Below are positions 29,551 to 38,977 of a stretch of 64,000 nucleotides of DNA, in pieces. This DNA is from Roseibacillus sp. (GTDB taxonomy: Bacteria > Verrucomicrobiota > Verrucomicrobiia > Verrucomicrobiales > Akkermansiaceae): positions 407,832-471,831 of the forward strand of contig CBDEUM010000029.1 of NCBI GenBank assembly GCA_965242925.1, read 5' to 3'. The first letter of the stretch is position 1, and every line of letters starts with the position of its first letter. Position numbers and translations under genes: made by a program. Below the pieces are notes generated by a model. That model searched no databases and was not told where the DNA came from. It saw only the letters and a program-made list of their open reading frames with translations.

Positions 29551-30384
29551 TTAGGAACGAGCAGGCGTGGAACAGGGTGTTGTGATCGTGGAAGATTTCT
29601 CGGAGGCGGACTTCTTCGACGAGGCACGGATCATCTCTCCCGTTTCGGCGGCCTCGAATTCTCCTCGATTCTCCCTCAACTTCGGATCGATATAGGAAAG
29701 CCCGAGTTCCCGGTAGATGTCTGCCTCTTCTTTAAAGGTCAGGGTGGAGTCGTTCCAAGTTTCTCCGTTGATCGGAGCGAGGTGGTACTCGTTCAAGGTA
29801 AGCCCCTGCTTCAGAGCGCGAGAGGCAAGCTCAAGGAGGTGCTCCTTGCTCCCGGTAAAATGTAACAAGGCGAAAGGCCACTCGGCAGGCGTAACGGCAC
29901 GGAGGTCGCAGGGCAGTCCGTTCTTGAGACGAACCGCGGCCTTGCGATTGCTTTGCAGGATGACCTGTTGGATATCCTCGATCTCCGTGAAGAACTCCGT
30001 CACATCGGTGGGCCTTGTCGTGGCTACCAGAAAGTGGAGATCATCGACAGTCTCTCGCTCGCGTCGGTAGGTCCCGCCCACTTCGGCTTCGGTGACATCG
30101 GGATGACTGCGCAGAATTCCGACTATTTGCTCCGCGACTGGCGCCACGTCGGCGCGCAGAAATCGGCCAGACAGACGCTTGCGGTCGTCGAGCTCGCGGA
30201 GAATCTTTTTCACGCTCTCTTTTCCGAACCCCGGCAAGGCTTCGACCTTCCCGGAATTGGAAGCGGCTTCGAGGGTGTCGAGAGACGCAATGCCTAGCTC
30301 TTCGTGGAGGATTCTGACCTCCTGAGGGCTGAGGCACTGCAAGTCGAGAAGGTCGGAAGGAAGATCGGAGGTGGGTTCAGGCAT
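29551..30384 (-). CDS. Truncated, probably inactive family X DNA polymerase-like protein
   Basis: HhH motif LPGFGKES, GTYRRERETVDDLH (canonical G-S-x-RR...GDxD), CDLR, LLHFTGSKEH, LNEY, EADIY..LGL.YI.P.LRENRGE. No PHP domain. Confidence 0.85.
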   Translation of the reverse strand: MPEPTSDLPSDLLDLQCLSPQEVRILHEELGIASLDTLEAASNSGKVEALPGFGKESVKKILRELDDRKRLSGRFLRADVAPVAEQIVGILRSHPDVTEAEVGGTYRRERETVDDLHFLVATTRPTDVTEFFTEIEDIQQVILQSNRKAAVRLKNGLPCDLRAVTPAEWPFALLHFTGSKEHLLELASRALKQGLTLNEYHLAPINGETWNDSTLTFKEEADIYRELGLSYIDPKLRENRGEFEAAETGEMIRASSKKSASEKSSTITTPCSTPARS

Positions 30385-30926
30385 GGAATGGGTGAGGAAC
30401 TAACACCAAGACGCGTCAATCATCAACCTCAGACGGGAATGTTTTTTTTTCTGTCGCTCATCGTCCCATCCAGAATCTGAATAACGACATAATCCTCTGA
30501 TTGCCAGATCGTTGGAGGATTTGTCCTGGTGCCAGACTCTGATCATGAGCGGTCCCAATGAGTTAGCCCGGATCGTTCATGAAGGAGTGCTTTGCACGAT
30601 TACGGCCCCGATTTTCAGCAAGCATACCCGCAGCGCGCTGACCTGCCGGCGGGGCTGCCCCTGGTGAGGGGGCTTTGATCTCTGCGAAACGATCTCCTTC
30701 TAGTCAGGCATCCCAACCCTCAGACTCGTGCCGCCGAACTGCCCTGTCAACCAGTCAACCGGTGATAGAGTCAATCCCAGATCGTCCACTTTGAGTGGGT
30801 CCGATCCTGGAGGCAGCCCCCACGCCTTCCGGATGGTCAGAATGGGCACGATTCAAGTCATCTGAATCGATCCTGTCTTCGAAAGGCCTTTGGCGCATCT
30901 CAGCGTCCACCCCCAACCAATCTCGA

Positions 30927-31610
30927 TCAATCCCGTCGCTCCGCGAGATAGATCCGATGTCGTCGCTGTTTGGCCCGGGGGTGCTTCGCAACCGCGAGTT
31001 CTTCGACCGTGAATCCGGTCTGTCGTAGATCACGCAGGAGCCCGGGCTCTGCGGTCGCGGCCCAAAAGGCGACCCGGCCTCCGGATGTGAGCGCGCGCTT
31101 GATGGTCTGCAAACCCTCCCGCCGATAGATCCGGGCGTTTTTCGGTTGCAGGAGTGACGAGGGGCCGTCGTCAACATCGAGAAGGATCGCGTCATAGGGC
31201 GACGCCTTCTTTGCGGCCGCCTTGATTAACGGGTAGACGTCTCCCTCGATGATTCGCGTTCTTCGATCTGCAAGAATCCCGTCGTTGAGACCAGCGAGAC
31301 ACTCCCTGTTCCACACGATGATCTCAGGCAGCAACTCAGCCACTTCGATGCGCGCATCGCTCCCGGTAAGCTGCAAGCAACGGCGGAGGCTGAAACCAAG
31401 CCCAAGGCCACCGATCAGGACGTTGGGGCTCTTGCGGCCATCACGAAAATCGCATCCGAGATCGGCAAGCAGCAATTCGGAGTGCGTCATGGTGGTGCTC
31501 ATAACCTGCCGCTCGTTCATGTAGAGAAAGAACTCACCATCATGCGAACAGAGGCGGAACGTCGCCCCATCGGGAGCCACTGTCTCAGCAACATTGATGG
31601 TCGGCTTCAT
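30927..31610 (-). CDS. Spermidine-synthase-like SAM-dependent methyltransferase
   Basis: VLIGGLGLGFSLR, VAELLPEI..WN, YDAILLDVDDGP. Confidence 0.85.
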   Translation of the reverse strand: MKPTINVAETVAPDGATFRLCSHDGEFFLYMNERQVMSTTMTHSELLLADLGCDFRDGRKSPNVLIGGLGLGFSLRRCLQLTGSDARIEVAELLPEIIVWNRECLAGLNDGILADRRTRIIEGDVYPLIKAAAKKASPYDAILLDVDDGPSSLLQPKNARIYRREGLQTIKRALTSGGRVAFWAATAEPGLLRDLRQTGFTVEELAVAKHPRAKQRRHRIYLAERRD

Positions 31611-32391
31611 GACTGAGGGGATCTGTCTCCAGCGGAGAAATCGTTATCATTTCGGAGCTTGTTACCGAGACTGCGGCAAATGTCTAGCAGGAGCAGTGCG
31701 TAGGAGATGAATTCTAAGGCGGTTTATTGAATGGAAGTCGCTTTTGAGACTGAAGTTTCAGGAGGCGGCTGTTCCCGTCTTCACAAAGGCAACGAAGGGG
31801 GGCTGGAGTAGGCACGGTATGGAGCGCGGAGCACTCAGTAAGTTGGGATCAACATGACGTGCCCTCGGTGGAGCCTCCGCTATCAGCTTCCCATGTCGGT
31901 TCTCGCCCGCCTGTTCTCAATTGGTCCCATTCGCAAGGGAATTTGGCAAGAGGGGGATCCCTTCCCTGCTGATCGCCTCCGGTGAGGGGATACTCTTTTC
32001 GCAACGATACCGCTGATGACAGATCCGCCAGAGAAAATAGCTCTGGAGAGTGAGGAGGAACCGGATCGGGGCGGCATCCGGCTTTACCATCACGTCGCAC
32101 CGCAGGTCGAGTTGATTGGGAAGTGCCTGCAGGAGGTGACTTGCAGACATGGCGGCGGGGCTCCGTGAGTGACTCGACAATGGGCCCCACTCAGTTCACA
32201 GAGCTGGAGCTCAATCCTGCCGGGGTCGAATATTGCCGTCGTCGTCATGGAGTTCATGATCGCTCACCTTGGCAGGGGAGGCACAAAGTCTGAATTGACG
32301 GATGTATTCGTGGAATCCCGAAATTCGATCACAGCCGTATAGCAGAGAGGAATGTTTTGTAAGCGCGTGCGGATCCACCCAAGGTTCGGGC

Positions 32392-33255
32392 ATGACAAAT
32401 CTGGGTGACAGGGCGGAGTTGACGATTGTCCGCGAGAAACCGCCGGGTCTGATTCTCGATGGTGGGGAGGAATTGGGGGAGATCCTGCTGCCGAAACGGG
32501 AGATGCCGAAGAGGTGGGAGCTTGGTGGAACAGTCGAGGTGTTTCTCTACTGCGATTCCGAGGACCGTCCGGTGGCGACGATGAAGCATCCGAAGGCCAT
32601 GCCTGGAGAGTTTGCCTACCTCGAGGCGACGGCCATAACGGAGGTAGGTGTGTTTCTCGACTGGGGGCTCCCCAAGGATCTGCTGCTGCCTTTCGGCGAG
32701 CAGAAGGAGCGCATCGAACTGGGGCGATCCTACGTAGTGCGGATCACGGTGGACGAGAAGAGCGGGCGGATCATTGCAAGTCGAAAGATCGGGCGCTACC
32801 TGAGCCACGAGCAAGTGGACTACCGGGAAGGGGAAGAGGTCGAGTTGATGCTCTTCGGGAAAACGGACCTGGGTTACAAGGCGATCGTGAATGGAAGACA
32901 CGAAGGGCTCCTCTTTGCAAACCAGGTGTTCCGGCGCCTGCGGGCGGGAGAACGAACGGTGGGCTACGTGAAGAGGGTGCGCGATGATGGGAAGATAGAC
33001 CTCGTGCTCGCTGCCCCGGGTCGCGCAAACGTCGAGGCGCTGGAAGAACGAATCCTGGCCGAGTTGGAGCGCGGAGGAGGGCAGTGGGAGCTTTGTGACA
33101 AGAGTCCGGCGGAGGAGATCTACGCGGCGCTGGGAGTCAGCAAGAAAGCTTTCAAGCAGGCCACCGGAGCCTTGTACCGGAAGCGGCGTATCGTGATCGG
33201 TGAGGACGAGATCCGTCTGGTGGGTAGTAGGCGGGAGGAGTGGCGACCGGAGTAG
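32392..33255 (+). CDS. cvfB: CvfB/YitL family S1-domain RNA-binding protein
   Basis: EILLP, VFLYCDSEDRPVAT, FLDWGLPKDLLLPF.EQ, TDLGYK, DKSPAEEI...GVSKKAFKQATGALY. Confidence 0.9.
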   Translation: MTNLGDRAELTIVREKPPGLILDGGEELGEILLPKREMPKRWELGGTVEVFLYCDSEDRPVATMKHPKAMPGEFAYLEATAITEVGVFLDWGLPKDLLLPFGEQKERIELGRSYVVRITVDEKSGRIIASRKIGRYLSHEQVDYREGEEVELMLFGKTDLGYKAIVNGRHEGLLFANQVFRRLRAGERTVGYVKRVRDDGKIDLVLAAPGRANVEALEERILAELERGGGQWELCDKSPAEEIYAALGVSKKAFKQATGALYRKRRIVIGEDEIRLVGSRREEWRPE

Positions 33256-33338
33256 GCTCCCTGTGCGGGGAGCGCAATCCGAGCGTAACTGGTTGTTCAT
33301 GGGGGCACTTAGGATTCACGCTTTGCGTGCCCATTTTA

Positions 33339-33544
33339 AAGCCGTGCCCTTCTGGCTGCTTGGCCGGTCCGCTTCGGGATTGTTCCCGCTCGTCGCGCCA
33401 GGTGGGAGATTGCCGGCAGAAGATTTCCGGGCTGCTCCTGGATCGCATTGACCTGCACGGCGAAGTGCTCCTCATGGATTTCAAGTAGCTCCCCTGATGG
33501 AGGCGATCCATTACCGGAGTCTCGATCGAAAGTTGATGCGCTAG
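33339..33544 (+). pseudogene. Degenerate, internally deleted copy of the comM 3' end
   Basis: KPCPSGCLAGPLRDCSRSSRQVGDCRQKISGLLLDRIDLHGEVLLMDFK* then LMEAIHYRSLDRKLMR*, versus comM [49 protein letters not shown]...LMEAIQYRSLDRKLMP*. Confidence 0.92.
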
Positions 33545-33660
33545 TGCGAATCCTGAGGGTCCCGAACAGGCTGATCCGGTGGTGTGCCTTCGTAATTCAG
33601 GAGGATGAAAAAGGGTGAGGATTTCTCCAATCTCGTCCCATCCGCGAAATACCATGTCCG

Positions 33661-36600
33661 TCAATTCTCCTGCACCCGGACCCGCATGTATTTTTTATCA
33701 AGGCCGCTGCCTATGGCGTTGACCTGAGTGTAGGTGTAATTGGACGAGGCGGTCCCGGCAATCCCATCGGGCCCATCGCTTGCTTCTATCACAAGTCCGG
33801 TGAGATCCACCCACGGATCCTCATCACCCAGGTCATCGCTACCCTCGATGGTGAGGGTGATATTCGGCGGGAGGGAATCCGCCCGCCGGAGATGCAGAAC
33901 CAATTGATCGGAACCGCTGACAGACGCGGATGGCTGCAGTGCAGATGCATCATGGGTGTCCGGACGCGTCCCCGGTGAGGCGAGGGAATAGGCGTATTCG
34001 AAGAGGTTCGCGATTCCATCCCCGTCAGAATCGTCAGTCGGTGCGGAAAGAGTATCGACCCCGGGGAAGGTGGCAATCCAGTCGGCATAGGATGAGGGGC
34101 TTTCTCCGGTGCTCACGGTGAGAAGATCCGGAGCATTGTTGTAATCGATTGCGTAGCCCGTGTTTGAGTAGGGGACGATGACAAAGTAGTAAGTGGTGTC
34201 GGGGGTGGACAAGCCACTGAAGGTCCGGGCCTGTGTTCCCGCCGGGACGTAGACCCGTGTGAAGCCATCGCTCAGATCGCCGTCTGGAAGAAACTGCTCT
34301 CCATCCGAGGGGATCACGAAGTCATCATCGGTAGATCCCAGAATGAGATAGCCATAAGGCACGATCACTCCGGTGGCATCGGTCCAGTTGAGGCGCAGGC
34401 CGGTAGCACTGGTGACCTCCACCCTGAAATTGGTGGGCTGCCCGGTGGGCTGGTCCACGATCTTGAACCAGTTCCTGCTTTCCAGGGTCGGGACGTCGGT
34501 TGGGAAGCCGGCCGGAAAGATGGTCGTGTCGTCGTACCATTTGGGTCCCGTGTCGTTCAGATTGGCGAGATTGCCAGCCTTGATATGGCCGGGATCGGGG
34601 TCTCCATTTGAAGCCTTGCCGTTTGGATCCGTGAAATCGACGCCTGCCCAGTTGGTGTCGACCGCCTCGGATTGACTGTTGAACAGGTTGGCATTGTTGC
34701 TGGTGGTGTTATGACCCCGCATTTCAAACACGCAGTCCGCAAAATTCCAGCCCGTCATTTTCAGAGCTTTCGCCGGTGAGGTCAGTTTCCCACCAAAGTG
34801 GGCGGTCCCCGAAAGGAAGAACTGCACGCCGGCGAAGTTCGCTCTCTTGCCCAGGGTCTCCCGGAAGGCCTCGCTTTTCTTGGCGGTGATGATGGCGTTA
34901 CTGAAATCAGTTTCATTCAGATTGGCGCGGAAAAACAAGCGGTAGCCACCCTTGATCACGCAGTCGCTGAAGTCGGAATGCTGGCACTTCAGATTTGCGA
35001 AGGAGAATTCAGTCTGGTTTTCGCCCAGCAATTCCAGCCCGGAGAAACTCACTCCATTCGCATTGACGTGACGCATGAACCCATTCCTCGACCAGGTGAT
35101 CTTGGTGAACGGCCTGCTGAAGGTCTGCCCCTCGATGCTGAAATCCCGGTCGGTCAGATCAGATGTCTTGTTGGCGATGGTGGTATGCCCGAATTTGACA
35201 TCATCGAGGGTGGTGTCCTCCTGGACGTAATCGATCACCTCGTCCGGATTGATATTCCCGCCGCTGGCCGCGACATTGTAGACCCGGTTGTCCCTGAGGA
35301 GCTTGCCGGTAAAGACGGGAGGGTGCTCCATCGTTTCAGGGGGAGCCGGGAGCGTCTTGTAGTCAATGAGGGATCCGCCATTGGTGTAGGAATAAATCCG
35401 GAAGTAGTAGTCCACCCCGCCAGGCAGCCGGCTGAACCGGTAGGCTTGTGATCCGGTCGGCAGATAGACAACGGCCGATCCGTTCCGGAGGTCCGTATCC
35501 CCGGGAGGGGAAACGCCGTCGACCGGGTCGGTAAAGATGTTGGTTGTATTGGCCATGATCAGGTAGCCGAAGGCCGGCACCGCGCCCGTTGCGTCGGTCC
35601 AGGACAGGTCGATGGTCTCGGCGAGTGAAGAAGCGGTGAACGAGGCGGCATGAGCAGAAGGCTCAACAGTCACCTGGAACCAGTTCTTGGTCGCCAGGGT
35701 GGCGGCATCAGTGGGGAATCCCACCGGGAAAACAGTCGTCGCGGCGTCATAGAATTTGGGACCGGTCCCGTCCAACAGGTCCAGCTCGGTGGCGAGGAAA
35801 TCGGGGTCCGACATGTCGGTTCCGATCCAGTTGGAGTTGGCGGCGGTTGTTGTATCGCCAAACAGGGTTGTTCCGGGAGCCAGTGAAAAACTGGCGCCGG
35901 AGAAGTTCCACCCGGTCATCTTGGATCCCGCGAAGTGATCCGATCCCGAGAGATGGAATGCTGCTCCGGCAAAGGTGGCATTCTTGCCCGAGGCGCTGTT
36001 GAAGCTGTTCGCCCCGGCCGTGATGGTGGTGCCACTGAAATCGGCGTTGGTCAGGGAAGTGCTCCGGAAGGCCCCCGTGGCGGTTCCTCCATCCAGAACG
36101 AGACCCGAGAAGTTCGAGTTGTTGGCATTGACACTCCGCATGAAGGAGGATGCCGACCAGGCGAACCCGGTGAGGGGTTCGCTGAAACCGGTGGTGAAAT
36201 CCCGGCCTCGCAGATTGGAAACGACTTCCTCATTGTCGCTGCCAAACTGGGCATCGGAAAGGACCCCGTCGGGGTCGATATGATCCATGGGAGCTCCAGC
36301 GGTGATCACGATCCCGTTTCCGAGGGTGTAATCGAGGCCATCGGCCAGCAGGATGCCGGAGGGGGTTGTCACCGAATCCACCGGCGCGGCGGGCACCGTC
36401 TTGAAATCAATATTCACCCCGGTGTTGGAGTAGGGATAAATTGCGAAGTGGTAGGGGGTCGTTCCGGTCAGTCCCCTGAATTGATGGGACTGAAGGCCCT
36501 GCCGGACATAAACCACCGCCTCGCCGTCGCTCAGGTCGGGATCCATCTCAGGGGCACTCAGATCGACCGGATCAGGGAAGCCCGGCGTTGTGCTGGCAAA

Positions 36601-36957
36601 GAGGACGTAGCCATAGGGCGGGTTCGCTCCCCCGGCATCGGTCCATGACAGGTTGACGATTTCATTGCTGGGAGCGAAGGCCGTAAAATTGTCCACGTGC
36701 GCGGTGGGCTCAGGCATGCCAAAAACGTCCAGAACCGTGATTTCCTGGCTCAGCGTCACGGTTCCACCACGCAGGTCCAGGACGTCAACCGACACGGAGT
36801 CCGGGCCGGGCAGCTCCCAGGTGTGGGTGAGACTCAGGGCATTGTCCTCAAAGATCTCCGGGTGATTCCCGGTGGTCCAGACGCCGACACAGGAATCTCC
36901 ATCCGCGTCCGTGGGAGTGACCGTGATTGTCACGGGAGTGCCAGCCGGAACTGCCAA
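33661..36957 (-). CDS. C-terminal part of a large secreted protein: PKD-like, three FN3-like, two pentapeptide-repeat-like blocks, verrucomicrobial C-terminal module
   Basis: Repeated LSWTDA..GY...P.DG...D.DLSDG...Y.F.IYPYSN modules; ANFS/ADFS/TDFS pentapeptide-like runs; D.DGDG..NLFEYA...S.DL...W...YMRVRV end. The frame continues upstream to ~37005. Confidence 0.8.
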   Translation of the reverse strand: MAVPAGTPVTITVTPTDADGDSCVGVWTTGNHPEIFEDNALSLTHTWELPGPDSVSVDVLDLRGGTVTLSQEITVLDVFGMPEPTAHVDNFTAFAPSNEIVNLSWTDAGGANPPYGYVLFASTTPGFPDPVDLSAPEMDPDLSDGEAVVYVRQGLQSHQFRGLTGTTPYHFAIYPYSNTGVNIDFKTVPAAPVDSVTTPSGILLADGLDYTLGNGIVITAGAPMDHIDPDGVLSDAQFGSDNEEVVSNLRGRDFTTGFSEPLTGFAWSASSFMRSVNANNSNFSGLVLDGGTATGAFRSTSLTNADFSGTTITAGANSFNSASGKNATFAGAAFHLSGSDHFAGSKMTGWNFSGASFSLAPGTTLFGDTTTAANSNWIGTDMSDPDFLATELDLLDGTGPKFYDAATTVFPVGFPTDAATLATKNWFQVTVEPSAHAASFTASSLAETIDLSWTDATGAVPAFGYLIMANTTNIFTDPVDGVSPPGDTDLRNGSAVVYLPTGSQAYRFSRLPGGVDYYFRIYSYTNGGSLIDYKTLPAPPETMEHPPVFTGKLLRDNRVYNVAASGGNINPDEVIDYVQEDTTLDDVKFGHTTIANKTSDLTDRDFSIEGQTFSRPFTKITWSRNGFMRHVNANGVSFSGLELLGENQTEFSFANLKCQHSDFSDCVIKGGYRLFFRANLNETDFSNAIITAKKSEAFRETLGKRANFAGVQFFLSGTAHFGGKLTSPAKALKMTGWNFADCVFEMRGHNTTSNNANLFNSQSEAVDTNWAGVDFTDPNGKASNGDPDPGHIKAGNLANLNDTGPKWYDDTTIFPAGFPTDVPTLESRNWFKIVDQPTGQPTNFRVEVTSATGLRLNWTDATGVIVPYGYLILGSTDDDFVIPSDGEQFLPDGDLSDGFTRVYVPAGTQARTFSGLSTPDTTYYFVIVPYSNTGYAIDYNNAPDLLTVSTGESPSSYADWIATFPGVDTLSAPTDDSDGDGIANLFEYAYSLASPGTRPDTHDASALQPSASVSGSDQLVLHLRRADSLPPNITLTIEGSDDLGDEDPWVDLTGLVIEASDGPDGIAGTASSNYTYTQVNAIGSGLDKKYMRVRVQEN

Positions 36958-38047
36958 GGGGGCGTCCCAGGTGGCGGTCGGAGCGACGTTGGCTCTGGTG
37001 TCCTCCCCGGATCACCGCGACATCCATGTATTTATTGGGAAGGGTGCCGCCCGTTCCAAGGTTGGTGATGAAGAGATCCCCTCCTCCATCATGAAGCGTC
37101 TCATAGGGTGGGAGGTGCGCGTTGTCGAGTGCTCCGCCGGGCTTGTAATCGCACAGGAGAGAGGGATCGGTGTTTCGCTGGTAGTAAATCTGCAAGCCCT
37201 TCTGCAGCCCGTAGTTCTTGCCGGGACTGCTGAACTTGTTGAGGAGCTTGGAGCGGTATTGAAGCCAGACCCACTGCTTGGACTGCCCCTTGCGGTCCAC
37301 CCGGATGCAGCGCTTCCGGCCCGCGCCGACGTTCTGCTGGTCGATATTATAAAGGCGATCCATGTAGACCCCGTCACGAGTATGATTAAATCGCGTGTTG
37401 TTGGTGATCCAGTTGGCCATGTGGGCCTCCCGCGCCTTGGGGGACACGCCGGCCCTCTTCATGAAAGAGTAGGTATCGCCCTTCTTGCCAACCCCGGGAA
37501 TTCCGATCGGATTGCTGATGGTGTTTCTCCTGACCCAGTGATACGGATGATCAAATCCCAGGTTGTGACCCATTTCATGCTCCGTGGCGCCCAGCGATTT
37601 CACCCAGAAGCGCCTGCCTCCCTTGGTGGCCAGGCCCCCCCAGCCGAAGTTGGTTCCGGTGAAGAAGATCCCCACATGGCGGTAGGGCCCCGGGACGGTG
37701 GCGAAGCCACTCCTGTTTACCGCCTGTTCCGCGGCCGTGGCCAAGGATCCCGCCGTTTTATACCATCCGGCATTGTGGGGCATGGTGTAAACCCTGGGCG
37801 TGACGGTAACGATGAGGTTGTACTTTCCATACGAATACTTGTCAAAATTGCGCTTCACCGCCTGGAGCTTGTTGGTCACCGCATCAAACCCGTGAGTTGA
37901 CCGGTGGTCGGGAAAGTTGATGCGGATCGCAAGCACTCTCTGATTCCCGGTCGTATTTGGCACGGCCATGACAGATTGCGATGAGGCAAGCAGTCCTGAG
38001 GCAGCAAGAAGCAAGCGGAGAGCCAGCGTCTTGTTTGGTGGAATCAC
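36848..38047 (-). CDS. N-terminal part of the same gene: signal peptide plus metzincin zinc metalloprotease (M6/M11-like)
   Basis: Signal LALRLLLAASGLLASSQSVMA; VLAIRINFPD, SYGK, HEMGHNLGFDH (HExxHxxGxxH). Joined to the downstream part by a 1-nt frameshift at ~37005. Confidence 0.8.
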   Translation of the reverse strand: MIPPNKTLALRLLLAASGLLASSQSVMAVPNTTGNQRVLAIRINFPDHRSTHGFDAVTNKLQAVKRNFDKYSYGKYNLIVTVTPRVYTMPHNAGWYKTAGSLATAAEQAVNRSGFATVPGPYRHVGIFFTGTNFGWGGLATKGGRRFWVKSLGATEHEMGHNLGFDHPYHWVRRNTISNPIGIPGVGKKGDTYSFMKRAGVSPKAREAHMANWITNNTRFNHTRDGVYMDRLYNIDQQNVGAGRKRCIRVDRKGQSKQWVWLQYRSKLLNKFSSPGKNYGLQKGLQIYYQRNTDPSLLCDYKPGGALDNAHLPPYETLHDGGGDLFITNLGTGGTLPNKYMDVAVIRGGHQSQRRSDRHLGRPLGSSGWHSRDNHGHSHGRGWRFLCRRLDHRESPGDL

Positions 38048-38280
38048 GATGGTCGGGGGGTGCAGGAAAAACTGGCAGAACCAATATCGTCTCAAGAGGA
38101 ACTGTGCCCATTTCCGGGGAGCTCCGTCAAGGCGCAAGGAAACACACAGGCCATTGGAGCGCGGCGGTCCCGCCCTCCAACCGGCTCACCGGTAGCGATT
38201 GCACGGCCAAGGCCCCGGCAAGGGAGGTCTCGTGTCCTCCGCCAGGTTCGGGCACTGCAGGATCCTATGATGCGGGCGGA

Positions 38281-38775
38281 CTATTCGCCCGCATTCATCT
38301 GCTGGGCAAGATTCATCTGCTGGGCGAAGTATCGCTCCAGGCCGACCAGTTCAATAAGGTCGAACTGGGACTCGGCCCAGTCGATACTTTCCTCCGACTC
38401 CACCACCATGCGTTCCATCAGGGCGCGGCTTCCCGCATCCTTCTTGTCGATGGCGAGGGCGACCGCTTCGTTGTAGGTAGCAACGCCCTTCTTCTCCAGT
38501 TCGTAACTGCTCTCAATGTGTTCGCGTGGCGTAGTGCCCACCTTGATCTCGTGGTAGCGGGCGATCGCGGGAACCCCGCCGAGGAACAGGATACGGTCGA
38601 TGACCTCCTCGGCGTGTTTCATCTCCTCGATGGACTCCTCGTAGAAATGCTGGGCGAGGCGATCAAGTCCCCAGTCCTTGCACATCTTGGAGCTGATGAA
38701 GTAGAGATTGATGGCGGTCAGTTCGACCGTCAGTCCCGCATTGAGTGCCTCGATTACCTTTGGGTCGCCTTGCAT
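38281..38775 (-). CDS. bfr: Bacterioferritin
   Basis: MQGDPKVIEALN..LTVELTAINLY, ESIEEMKHA, RILFLGG.P, D.GSR.LME. Confidence 0.93.
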   Translation of the reverse strand: MQGDPKVIEALNAGLTVELTAINLYFISSKMCKDWGLDRLAQHFYEESIEEMKHAEEVIDRILFLGGVPAIARYHEIKVGTTPREHIESSYELEKKGVATYNEAVALAIDKKDAGSRALMERMVVESEESIDWAESQFDLIELVGLERYFAQQMNLAQQMNAGE

Positions 38776-38855
38776 ATCTTGTCTGTTCTACGCCGCCAAC
38801 ATAGGACGTAAAATACCGAGTCCAAGGGATATTTCGTGTCTCTGGTTATTGTGAT

Positions 38856-38870
38856 TGAGACCGTGTCTCA
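38856..38870. promoter_or_regulatory. Candidate metalloregulator (Fur-like 7-1-7) palindrome upstream of bfr
   Basis: TGAGACC-G-TGTCTCA inverted repeat about 80 bp upstream of the bfr start. Confidence 0.4.
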
Positions 38871-38977
38871 TCTGCCTGGCAGAAGCAGATGGGGAGTCCG
38901 CGCCAGGTAAGTTGGTGCAGGGATGAGAGGACCTGCGTGTCGGGGGCGTCCAACGGCTCCTTGTTCCCTGCAGGAGA

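Noticed and set aside
30385..30926. Possible ncRNA or small gene in the long intergenic gap (includes a T9 run)
   Set aside because: No recognisable RNA family, tRNA fold or convincing ORF by eye; an Rfam search would be needed.
31611..32391. Short ORFs in the 780-bp gap before cvfB
   Set aside because: No motifs or consistent coding signal; probably decayed or regulatory DNA.
29460..33339. Intact mobile element (IS, prophage or ICE)
   Set aside because: No transposase, integrase, phage or conjugation genes; reported only as a duplication-flanked segment.
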